DNA of 24,000 nt from Colwellia sp. MB02u-6 (GTDB lineage Bacteria > Pseudomonadota > Gammaproteobacteria > Enterobacterales > Alteromonadaceae). The DNA lies in NCBI RefSeq assembly GCF_014077095.1, contig NZ_JACGVG010000029.1:103625-127624 (forward strand), in the 5' to 3' direction. Shown here piece after piece: positions 1-7,887 of this stretch. The position numbers and the translations under genes are program-made. Each line of letters opens with the position of its first letter. Position 1 is the stretch's first letter. Under the pieces are notes generated by a model. That model saw only the letters and a program-made list of their open reading frames with translations, had not been told where the DNA came from and did not search any database.

Positions 1-14
1 AATGGCCTTCTATT

Positions 15-2687
15 ATGAAAAAACAATATTCAACTTATCAGCAAACCTGTGAATTTTTGGCCAATGCGATGCGCGACTACCCTCATCTGATTCAGGTTAA
101 TAGCATTGGTGAGACGTGGGAAAAACGGCCCATTATGATGGCAACCATTTCAAATGATGTGAGTAACGCGAGCAATAAGCCGGCTTTGCTTTATACCGGT
201 TCAATTCATGCGCGCGAGTGGATTGGCAATGAGTTGGCGATTAAGTTTATTCAATATATTATCGATAACCATCAATATCATCCGATGTTAGCATCGGCAC
301 TCAATAGCAGTAGTCTTTATATTGTGCCTTGTCTTAACCCTGATGGTTTTGAATATTCGCATACCCATTTTTCATTTTGGCGCAAAAATAGGAGGGACAA
401 CGGCGACAATACCTTTGGTGTTGACCTTAATCGTAATTTTGGCATACGCTTTAAAAAAGGAACAGATACCAGTTCGGCGATATATTCAGGCCCAGCAGCA
501 TTTTCTGAACCTGAAACTCAAGCCATCAAAGTGTTTGTTGAGACTCACCCCAATATTCGTGTTGCTCTTGATTATCATTCACAAGGTAATGTTTTTTTCC
601 CCGCGCATAAATTCAATCACGAGAAAGAAATTGAAGGTACTGATTTGAATGTGTTGTGTGCCAACATGAACAATGAAATCAGAAAAGTTACTGGACGAGA
701 ATACGGTATTCATCGAGGAAAACCACCGTTTAATTTGATCCACGGTAGCGGCCGAGAGTATTATTATGATAGGGGGATAATGAGTATAGTAGTTGAAGTG
801 GGTAGCCGAAATATTCCCGATTATTTGCAATATATGGCGCAATCGATTGATGAAAATATTCCCGCCTTGTTACTTGCTTTCAGAACAGTTAGAAATTATG
901 TTGAAGAGGCTCCACCGCGTATTGCAAATTTCAATGTGACCGATATCACTGCTGATAGCGTTAGTTTGAATTGGGACGGTCTGGAAAATAAAGCGATATA
1001 TTACGAAATATTTCGCAGCGACACCTCTAAATCAGCTTGTTCAAGAGAGAATTTGATTGCGATCACTCATAGTGGCGAGTTTACCGATATTCAATTGAAG
1101 AGCGGTCAGATATATTATTATAATCTTCACGCGATTGATCCCAGCAATATGCTGAACTCACCGTTTAGCCCCGAAATCAGGTTAAAAACAAGGTTGGCAC
1201 CGGATGAATTTTCTCGTGCGTTACTCCCTGCCAAAAGCGATATTGGTTACCTTGGCGAATATAGTCTTGATGCCAATAAAAAACATTTTGGTCGAAATTC
1301 TATGTTTATTGGTGTTTCTAGTCAAAAAGGGATCTGTTTTGGCTTAATTGCTTTTTCACTGAAAAACTTATCCCCTGAACTAACCATCAAATCGGCCATT
1401 TTTTCTTTATATCCGATGAATAGAGTGGGTGCCAAAATTGAAACATATGGCGAATGGAGTATTTCGATCCTTGACGCTAATACGCTGGAAGACATTTCTG
1501 ACTTTAATCAGGTTCAAAATGCTATACCTTTACATACTTTAGGGCAAACCATTGAGTCTGATCATCTCAGACAAGGTATATGGAAAGAATGGCGCTTTAA
1601 CGGTGTTGAGCGCACGTTATTACAAAATCAAATTACGGGTGGACATATTTTATTTAGAATACAGGGACCAAACAAATTGCCCTTAGGGCAGAAATCTCAA
1701 CTTATGCAGTTTGATATTGGTTATGGTCCATTTGGTGGAGGGGTCCATTATCGACCTTTCCTTGATATTATTTATCGCGCGAAACCAACCGAGCTAAGAT
1801 TAGCGCCGGTAGCCTTAAACACCATTTCAATACACAAGATTGACGAAGATTGTCTGAGCTGCGGGTTTGACAGTGAAGGGGGGGTTGTTTATGGTCAAAT
1901 GGCTTTTACCTTGGATCAGCTACCAGACCCCGAGGAAACGGTGATTACTGATGCCTATCTTGTTATGCAGAATAAGAATAGTATTAATACAAACAAAGAT
2001 ATTCGCTTTACGATTGAACTGGCAGAGCTTAAAGATCTGGATTATGTTAGCGTCAAGGAACGACAGAAAATTGAATTTATTGGTTATGAAATCAGTAACA
2101 CACAACTTAAAAAAAGTGCCCAGCACCATCTGATTTTTGACAGCTATTGTCGTCAAGATCTTGAACGGCTTCACTCTGAAGGAAAGCCCGTCTACTTCAT
2201 TATCAGACCGACGGCGAACTCTCAAGAACGTAACGCTATCATTGACTGGTCATGCCATGACAAAAATAACGAACCGAGTTTAATGATTAACTATGTCACA
2301 CGTCGTAAAAATGCCGTGTCGCCAGCTACTAATTTAACGCTAACGATTGAAGATTCATTAGTGAAATTGAGTTGGGATAACCCAGAAGATAAAGATTTTA
2401 TTGGTTGTTATGTGGTGAGAAATTGTTTTCATCCACCTATGTCACCATTCGATGGGGTTAAGCTTTATGCGGGAAGAGACCAATATACCTACGATAAATA
2501 TGGGAACGCCAACATACCCAAATACTATTCTGTTTTTAGTTATGATGTGGTGCCAAACTATTCGAAGCCCGCAAGTATCTGTTATAACGTGACTGATACC
2601 CTGATTGTTAATGAAGATTTCATCGACTTCGATCATTTTGATGAAATGTTGAGCGAGTACGAGAATGATGACGGAGATATTGAATAG
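15..2687 (+). CDS. M14-family zinc carboxypeptidase with two fibronectin type III-like domains and a large central region
   Basis: 890-aa ORF. The N-terminal ~290 aa carries M14 signatures: SIHAREWIG (HxxE zinc ligands), DYHSQG (third zinc ligand His) and VVEVGS (catalytic Glu region). FN3-like segments are PPRIANFNVTDITADSVSLNWDG... and SPATNLTLTIEDSLVKLSWDNPED.... No obvious signal peptide. Acidic C-terminal tail (YENDDGDIE). Confidence 0.8.
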   Translation: MKKQYSTYQQTCEFLANAMRDYPHLIQVNSIGETWEKRPIMMATISNDVSNASNKPALLYTGSIHAREWIGNELAIKFIQYIIDNHQYHPMLASALNSSSLYIVPCLNPDGFEYSHTHFSFWRKNRRDNGDNTFGVDLNRNFGIRFKKGTDTSSAIYSGPAAFSEPETQAIKVFVETHPNIRVALDYHSQGNVFFPAHKFNHEKEIEGTDLNVLCANMNNEIRKVTGREYGIHRGKPPFNLIHGSGREYYYDRGIMSIVVEVGSRNIPDYLQYMAQSIDENIPALLLAFRTVRNYVEEAPPRIANFNVTDITADSVSLNWDGLENKAIYYEIFRSDTSKSACSRENLIAITHSGEFTDIQLKSGQIYYYNLHAIDPSNMLNSPFSPEIRLKTRLAPDEFSRALLPAKSDIGYLGEYSLDANKKHFGRNSMFIGVSSQKGICFGLIAFSLKNLSPELTIKSAIFSLYPMNRVGAKIETYGEWSISILDANTLEDISDFNQVQNAIPLHTLGQTIESDHLRQGIWKEWRFNGVERTLLQNQITGGHILFRIQGPNKLPLGQKSQLMQFDIGYGPFGGGVHYRPFLDIIYRAKPTELRLAPVALNTISIHKIDEDCLSCGFDSEGGVVYGQMAFTLDQLPDPEETVITDAYLVMQNKNSINTNKDIRFTIELAELKDLDYVSVKERQKIEFIGYEISNTQLKKSAQHHLIFDSYCRQDLERLHSEGKPVYFIIRPTANSQERNAIIDWSCHDKNNEPSLMINYVTRRKNAVSPATNLTLTIEDSLVKLSWDNPEDKDFIGCYVVRNCFHPPMSPFDGVKLYAGRDQYTYDKYGNANIPKYYSVFSYDVVPNYSKPASICYNVTDTLIVNEDFIDFDHFDEMLSEYENDDGDIE

Positions 2688-2835
2688 CCTGCTTTTTAAG
2701 TGTCATTTTACTCGCTCTAATTAAGACGATAATGGGTTTTGTCACCAACAGATGAAAACCATTAAAATGATACTGGCTTTTTTGTTAAGTGTCTTATCAA
2801 GTTTTTGACGCTTGATCTTTGTGCCCTTGTGTTAT

Positions 2836-4296
2836 CTACCGATTACTAACTTCTTGGTCATCAGTACGCTTATTAATACTCGGTGGAGTGGGTATCTCGG
2901 CAACATATATGCCTTTGCTGCGCCATATTCCTGTATTCCAACGCTTTAAGGCTATCATTCCGCGAATACATTCATCTAGACTGGTTGCTAGCCAAATACC
3001 CACTAAACCATAGCCATAATGTAGCCCTAAAAGCCAAGCTAAGGGTAACGCCATAAACCACATAATAATGAAGCCAACCATTGACACATAACGTGCATCG
3101 CCAGACGCTCGCAATGATGCGCCAACAATGAGATTAAAACTTCGGCCAAACTCACCGATGATTGCAATAATTAATATCAGTTTGCCCAACGCCCAAATTT
3201 CAATATTGCTGGTAAATATTGCAAACCACTGGTCAGAAAATGCCAATAAGGTGAAAACAAAAAACATCGCTCCGGCAATACCCAGCTTCAGTCCCAACAT
3301 CAGTTGTTTATCAGCCTCTTCAAAACGCTTAGCACCGATATAATGGGCGACCTTAATTTGTACGCCTGAACTGATAGCAAAGCCATATAAAATAGCGGTA
3401 AAAAGTAAGTTAAAGCTATAAATACGTGTGGCTAAAGCAAGCTCACCCATAGTGACGATCATAACTGTCATCAATATTTGGGTTAGTTGCCACGACATAG
3501 GCTCTAACACCGATGGCAGTGCTATTTTTAATATGGGCGCACTATCTGTTTTAAATAATAGCCAGCGCTTGGGTAAAGTAATCTTGATATGTAAATGTTT
3601 AATAATGATCACAAGGGTAAAGCATAAACTGACAACCCAAGCGATAACCGATGCATAGGCAACACCTTGTACTCCTAAATCAGGAAAACCGTGTTTTCCG
3701 TCAATCAATAGATAGTTAAATAATATATTGACTATGGTCATTACGAAAGTCGACCACATATTCCAATGTGTTTTACCTTGAGAGGTTAAAACAGCGGCAG
3801 CAGCAAAGCGTACGGCTAATATCGCAGTGCCCATACCTATGGTGCTTAAGTATATGCTTGCCATACCTGACATATCATCGGTTAAACCCATCCATTGCGC
3901 GAATGCAGGCGCAAAAGCCATCATAATAATGCTTAATAAGATACCGACAAAGAGCAGAATGGCAAACAGCACACCATAAGTTGTGGCTAACTTGTTATGA
4001 TCTCCAGCGCCAATACGCTGTGATGCAACACTACTGCCACCTTGATGCATAGTACTGTAAAGCGCAAAGGCAATGCCTAAAATAGGCATAACAGCACCTA
4101 TTGACGCAGCTGCAGAATCAGATATACGGCTCAAAAACCAGGCGTCAGTAACATTGATCATGAAAATGAAAAATAGATCAATAAAAATGGGCCAAGTTAA
4201 ACTTAAAAGACTTTGGTCAGCAACTGATTGACTTGATTTGGGCACATTATCTCCGGGAAACTCGCAATAGCATAGTATAACAGTTGCCGCGGTCAT
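2836..4296 (-). CDS. MATE-family efflux transporter
   Basis: 486-aa ORF that is hydrophobic throughout, consistent with ~12 TM helices. The N-terminal LTWPIFIDLFFIFMINVTDAWFLSRISDSAAASIGAV pattern and overall layout resemble MATE/NorM-type pumps. Convergent with the peptidase gene. Confidence 0.75.
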   Translation of the reverse strand: MTAATVILCYCEFPGDNVPKSSQSVADQSLLSLTWPIFIDLFFIFMINVTDAWFLSRISDSAAASIGAVMPILGIAFALYSTMHQGGSSVASQRIGAGDHNKLATTYGVLFAILLFVGILLSIIMMAFAPAFAQWMGLTDDMSGMASIYLSTIGMGTAILAVRFAAAAVLTSQGKTHWNMWSTFVMTIVNILFNYLLIDGKHGFPDLGVQGVAYASVIAWVVSLCFTLVIIIKHLHIKITLPKRWLLFKTDSAPILKIALPSVLEPMSWQLTQILMTVMIVTMGELALATRIYSFNLLFTAILYGFAISSGVQIKVAHYIGAKRFEEADKQLMLGLKLGIAGAMFFVFTLLAFSDQWFAIFTSNIEIWALGKLILIIAIIGEFGRSFNLIVGASLRASGDARYVSMVGFIIMWFMALPLAWLLGLHYGYGLVGIWLATSLDECIRGMIALKRWNTGIWRSKGIYVAEIPTPPSINKRTDDQEVSNR

Positions 4297-4461
4297 TACT
4301 GATGAATACGATTGTTACAAATCGTACTTGTGCGGCGATAGTTAAGCGTACTGAAAAATGAGATAAACGTGAAAAAGTGTGAGGAAAAATCGCCGAATGA
4401 TGTTTTATTGAACACTTGACAATAAAAATCAAACAAAAAGCCTAATAAGTTAAATTAGCAC

Positions 4462-4497
4462 TTTACAAACCAGTGAACAGTATCTATTATTCGCCCC
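4462..4497 (+). promoter_or_regulatory. putative sigma70 promoter of tRNA-Ser with GC-rich discriminator
   Basis: TTTACA (4462-4467), exact 17-bp spacer, TATTAT (4485-4490), followed directly by TCGCCCC. A GC-rich discriminator is typical of stringently controlled tRNA/rRNA promoters. It lies ~30 bp upstream of the mature tRNA 5' end. Confidence 0.45.
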
Positions 4498-4526
4498 GTT
4501 CTGAAGCAGCAATGCTTTAGAACATT

Positions 4527-4617
4527 GGTGAGATGGCTGAGTGGTCGAAAGCACTGGTCTTGAAAACCAGCAAGGGTTTATAGCCCTTCTAGGGTTCAAA
4601 TCCCTATCTCACCGCCA
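4527..4617 (+). tRNA. tRNA-Ser (anticodon UGA), class II with long variable arm
   Basis: Cloverleaf read by eye: acceptor GGTGAGA/TCTCACC, anticodon stem CTGGT/ACCAG with loop CTTGAAA (anticodon TGA), long variable arm CAAGGGTTTATAGCCCTTC, T arm TAGGG-TTCAAAT-CCCTA, discriminator G and encoded CCA. Layout parallels E. coli tRNA-Ser(UGA). Confidence 0.93.
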
Positions 4618-4996
4618 AACTATAAAAAACCGCTAATCGAAAGATTAGCGGTTTTTTTTCGTCTAGAACTTAGTGTTCTACGACAAGGTAAGGTTTATAG
4701 CGCTAATCTTTCGAGCAGGGTTCAAATCCCTATCTCACCGCCAAACTATAAAAAACCGCTACTCGAAAGATTAGCGGTTTTTTTTCGTCTAGAACTTAGT
4801 GTTCTACGACAAGGTAAGGTTTATAGCGCTAATCTTTCGAGCAGGGTTCAACTCCCTATCTTACTGGCAAACTATAAAAAAACGGCTACTCGAAAGATTA
4901 GCGGTTTTTTTTCGTCTAGAACTTAGTGTTCTACGACAAGGTAAGGTTTATAGCGCTAATCTTTTGAGTAGGGATTCAATCCCTATTTCTCCGCCA
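4618..4996 (+). repeat. three tandem 126/127-bp units, each a terminator hairpin plus a pseudo 3' half of tRNA-Ser
   Basis: Units start at 4618, 4744 and 4870. Each begins AACTATAAAAAACCGCTA.TCGAAAGATTAGCGGTTTTTTTT and ends with a tRNA-like variable-arm/T-arm/acceptor segment. Unit 1 ends with 27 nt identical to the tRNA 3' end (AGGGTTCAAATCCCTATCTCACCGCCA). Unit 2 ends GGTTCAACTCCCTATCTTACTGGCA. Unit 3 ends GGGATTCAATCCCTATTTCTCCGCCA. Confidence 0.95.
4625..4659 (+). terminator. rho-independent terminator of tRNA-Ser
   Basis: Perfect hairpin ACCGCTAATC-GAAA-GATTAGCGGT followed by T8, preceded by an A-run. Confidence 0.8.
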
Positions 4997-5005
4997 AATA
5001 GATAC

Positions 5006-5044
5006 AAAAATGGGCCTCATATTAATGGTGCCCATTTTTGTTTG
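5006..5044 (+). terminator. hairpin plus T-run closing the tandem array
   Basis: AAAAATGGGC ... GCCCATTTTTGTTTG, a 9-10-bp stem with a 14-nt loop. The loop is long for a canonical terminator. Confidence 0.4.
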
Positions 5045-5265
5045 TGAAATTGCTGATACCAATTGAAAGTTACTTCCCTCAACTTTAAGCCTTTTTTGGG
5101 TAACAACAATTTTTGTAATTATTGCCTTTAGAAAAGCTTTGCTCGCTTCGGGACCCTATAACGTATTTTGTGTAACTGCTAGGTTTAAATAACATCTTTC
5201 AAACGGTCTTCAAATTTAATCATAAAACGATTAAAGGCCGTTTTCGAATTTCTTATCGGCATCGT

Positions 5266-6417
5266 CTATTTTTTCAATACTTGTTCAATCGCTAAGTAGA
5301 TAACTTTTTTAGCCGAATCATCATGCGGGAATAGTTTACGCTTTTTAATGGCCTTGCGAATGACACTGTTCAGTGACTCAATCGCATTAGTGGTATAAAT
5401 GGCTTTACGTGTATCATCAAGGTAGTTAAATAACGTATTGACGTATTGACGTATTGACGTATTGACGTATTGACAGTTACTCAGCCATGAGCGCGATATA
5501 CTTGGGTATTTGTTATCCCATAGCTGTTCAAATTTCTTGAGCGACAACAAGGTTTCATCTTTCGTAACTTATTGGTATATTTGCTTTAAATTAGCCGTGA
5601 TAGCTTCGTAGTCTTTCTATGGCAGGAACTTTAGTGAGTGACGCACCATATGCACGATGCAGAGCTGTATCTGTGTTTAAGGATAAACAGTATTAATCGC
5701 ATTAGGAAATCCCTTAGGTCCATCCACACAAGTAATGGGGATATCCTTTACGCTTCGCTTTTGTAGTTCAGTCAGTACATTAAGCCAATACTTCGCACCT
5801 TCATTTTCTGATATTCACATACCGATTAATTCTTTATGCCCTTCAACATTGACGCCTAAGGCAAGATAAACCGCTTTGTGAATGACTTGCTTATCTTGCC
5901 TGATTTTAACCACTAAGCAGTCTAAGTAGACGATGGGATAAATCGCATCTAACGGTCGAGCTTGCCATTGTACAACCTGCTCAATAACGGCGTTCGTTAA
6001 CCGAGAAGTAAGCGTTGGAGGCACATCAGCATTCTACATTTCTTTAAACGTCGAGACGATATCACGCTTTGTCATACCCTTGGAATACAGATATAAAATC
6101 TTATCATCCATCGAGGTAAAGCGAGTTTGGTTTTCCTTAACAAGCTAAGGCGCAAAGCTGGAGTCTCTATCACGTGGCGTGTCTAAAGCTACCTCACCAT
6201 CTTCTGTACGAATAGTTTTAGGTGAATAGCCATTACAGTAATTATCTTTGTGGGATTGCTCATAACCTGAATAACTCAAGTGCTCGTCTAATTCAGCATT
6301 GAGTGCTGCTTCAACGGTGACCTTAGTGAACATTTTACGAAAGTCAGTTAAGTCTGGCTCGGTTTTAATTGATTTGGCGGCTTGCTTCACAAGCGCTTCA
6401 AGTGCTTTCTTATTCAT
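5266..6417 (-). pseudogene. IS256-family transposase pseudogene (six in-frame stop codons)
   Basis: The three ORF-track fragments (6145-6417, 5815-6024, 5266-5550) are all in one frame. My translation of the gaps gives contiguous IS256-family sequence (...PRDRDSSFAP*LVKENQTRFTSMDDKILYLYSKGMTKRDIVSTFKEM*NADV...KELIGM*ISENEGAKYWLNVLTELQKR...VYP*TQIQLCIVHMVRHSLKFLP*KDYEAITANLKQIYQ*VTKDE...IYTTNAIESLNSVIRK). Stops lie at 6145-6147, 6034-6036, 5815-5817, 5677-5679, 5617-5619 and 5569-5571. Confidence 0.85.
5433..5472. repeat. perfect 8-bp microsatellite (ACGTATTG)x5 inside the transposase pseudogene
   Basis: Five head-to-tail perfect copies read directly from the sequence. On the coding strand they encode QYVNTSIRQYVNT. 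Confidence 0.95.
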
Positions 6418-7037
6418 AGTCTGCCTATCCTTAACCCTACATGGGTATTAATAATAGGCAGTTACACATATTTTGTTACAGGGTTCTAGACCACGGCATA
6501 TTTTTTTAGTCGTGCTTGTCGTCATAACGAAAAAAAGTAGCTAAAAACACGTCAAGTAGTGCCCAGTTCTTATCATGACAGCATGTATGTGTAAGAGTTT
6601 AAGCACTTCATCTTACTGCTCTTGAGTTAAACCTACTTCTGGATGAAAGCCTAGCTCAGCTTGTAATTCTTGACCTAATCGTATTCGTTTTTCAGTGTCC
6701 ATATTCATAATTACTGCTTATAAGGCTACAAGCCACTGGTCGTATTTATACTGTAGTCCTAATCATGTCCCTTATAAAACCAGTAGATTCTGCAAGCTTA
6801 ACAGCGAAACTAGGATTTATGCATAATGCCTAATTTGTCATAGTTACAACACGATTTAAATAATTTCGTTTAAAAAAATTAGAGAGATACTCACAGTGCT
6901 TGCCATCAGGCGACTTAGTCAGTTTGTCACCTCTTTTAAGAGCACTTAAACCTATCTACCATCACTACCTCTTCTGGAAACTTGTCAGTCAATTGTACTA
7001 AAAATAATCAAATGACTTGACCCCGTCGATTTTTTTG

Positions 7038-7163
7038 GTAACAATAAGTTTAATTAAGTAACAAAGTATTACTGAAAGTAACTAGTTATTGCAAATGTCA
7101 CAATTTATTACCTTTAGTCATATTATATTACTTCTAGTAACAGTATACCACTACCGATGTTAC
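7038..7163. promoter_or_regulatory. phased GTAAC motifs in the AT-rich region upstream of csgB (possible regulator or architectural-protein sites)
   Basis: GTAAC at 7038, 7058 and 7078 (exact 20-bp spacing) and at 7137. Inverted GTTAC at 7159. Related TATTAC motifs are interspersed. The region is 160-285 bp upstream of the csgB start. Confidence 0.3.
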
Positions 7164-7322
7164 ATTATATTGTTCAGTGACATACAAATTATTTACAAAG
7201 AAATTACAATTGATATTTAAGATGGTAATTTCGGGTGATAGAAATTTAATGCATTAATTGTATTTATTGCTCTATAAAGTTGATAAACCTCTTAGCTGTA
7301 TTTAACAAGGAAACATACAACC

Positions 7323-7826
7323 GTGAATAGTTACCATAATACTCAAACGTTATTTACCACAAAGGCAAAGCATTGTTTGCCAGTATTGGGTAAGTGGTCG
7401 GTTTTGTTTTACTTATCGTGCCATGCATTGAATGGAAATACGCAAGATTTATCATCAATAACAGACTTAGAAGACTCTGTATTATCTTTAAGCCTTTCAA
7501 CAACAGTCAATCTCAATGGGGCTTTAGGCAGCACCATTACAATTGACCAATTTGGTGCATATAACACGACAAATGTTATACAAGCCGGCTCTAATAGCAA
7601 CGTCATAGAGGTCACTCAGCAAGGCAATAATAACCAAGCTGAAATTACCCAACTTGGGCTTAATAACGAAGTGATTTTGCTGCAAGACGGTGAAAATAAT
7701 TTGTTTCAAATCATCCAAGATGGCCACGCTAACAGCGCTAATGTAAATCAATTTGGCGGGCAACGTTTCTTGCTGCGTCAAACAGGAAATGAAATGCGCG
7801 TCAATATCACCCAATACCAAAACTAG
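7323..7826 (+). CDS. csgB: curlin minor subunit / nucleator CsgB-like
   Basis: 167-aa ORF with a GTG start and AAGGAA 10 nt upstream. The C-terminal ~95 aa is built of curlin repeats (NVIQAGSNSNVIEVTQQGNNNQAEITQLGLNNEVILLQDGENNLFQIIQDGHANSANVNQFG). It sits directly upstream of csgA. The exact start and signal peptide are uncertain. Confidence 0.78.
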   Translation: MNSYHNTQTLFTTKAKHCLPVLGKWSVLFYLSCHALNGNTQDLSSITDLEDSVLSLSLSTTVNLNGALGSTITIDQFGAYNTTNVIQAGSNSNVIEVTQQGNNNQAEITQLGLNNEVILLQDGENNLFQIIQDGHANSANVNQFGGQRFLLRQTGNEMRVNITQYQN

Positions 7827-7842
7827 TCATGTGACAGCGTGG

Positions 7843-7878
7843 CAATTAAAACAATCAAAACAATCAAAATAATCAAAG
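7843..7878 (+). repeat. 9-bp tandem repeat (CAATCAAAA-like, ~4 copies) filling the csgB-csgA spacer
   Basis: CAATTAAAA / CAATCAAAA / CAATCAAAA / TAATCAAAG at 7843, 7852, 7861 and 7870. It runs into the csgA ribosome-binding site (AAGGAAAAATCAATG). Confidence 0.7.
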
Positions 7879-7887
7879 GAAAAATCA

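Larger units (their letters stand above)
5152..6486 (-). mobile_element. IS256-family insertion sequence relic (~1.33 kb)
   Basis: Imperfect terminal inverted repeats: GACCCTATAACGTATTTTGTGTAACTGC (5152-5179) versus the reverse complement of 6458-6486, GAACCCTGTAACAAAATATGTGTAACTGC. They enclose a single mutator/IS256-type transposase reading frame. No clear target-site duplication seen. Confidence 0.8.

Noticed and set aside
322-2636. Short overlapping ORFs inside the peptidase gene (322-648, 579-842, 1920-2225, 1951-2133, 2442-2636), and the analogous nested or antisense ORFs in the MATE, csgB, csgG, radD, CN-hydrolase, eamA and MBL genes
   Set aside because: All are embedded in, or antisense to, longer ORFs with clear family signatures. 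They have low-complexity or odd composition and no RBS.
2730-2800. Hairpin AATGGGTTTTG...AAAACCATT and the direct repeat TTAAGTGTC between the convergent peptidase and MATE genes, considered as a bidirectional terminator
   Set aside because: The stem is bulged with a 14-nt loop, and the T-run is separated from the stem. This is too weak to call.
4618-4996. The tandem array considered as a possible CRISPR array
   Set aside because: The units are contiguous 126-bp repeats with no unique spacers between them. The repeat contains tRNA-derived sequence and a terminator. No cas genes are present in the window.
4799-5047. 82-aa ORF spanning tandem units 2-3 downstream of tRNA-Ser
   Set aside because: It reads through terminator hairpins and pseudo-tRNA sequence. 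It starts at a GTG inside the repeat and has no RBS, so it is a by-product of the repeat.
5092-5131. Similarity between TTTTTTGGGTAACAACAATTTTTGTAATTATTGCCTTTAG (left of the IS) and 7031-7115 upstream of csgB, which would imply the IS plus 6487-7030 is an insertion into a duplicated segment
   Set aside because: Only ~15 contiguous matching bases, followed by gapped AT-rich similarity. This is too short and low-complexity to distinguish from chance without a statistical alignment.
5266-6417. Reading the C-to-T/G-to-A nonsense pattern in the transposase as evidence of deaminase-type editing, or of stop-codon readthrough or recoding
   Set aside because: CAG, CAA and TGG are the commonest one-step routes to stop codons under any transition-biased mutation, and there are only six sites. 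TAG, TAA and TGA all terminate well-supported intact genes in this window, so there is no sign of reassignment.
6612-6707. 31-codon minus-strand ORF (MNMDTEKRIRLGQELQAELGFHPEVGLTQEQ) next to the IS relic
   Set aside because: No Shine-Dalgarno and no recognisable family. It may be a fragment of a destroyed gene, and I cannot support it as a feature.
7280-7308. TTGATA-N17-TAACAA as the csgB promoter
   Set aside because: The -10 hexamer is poor, and the implied transcript start would leave almost no leader before the RBS. It cannot be supported without transcript data.
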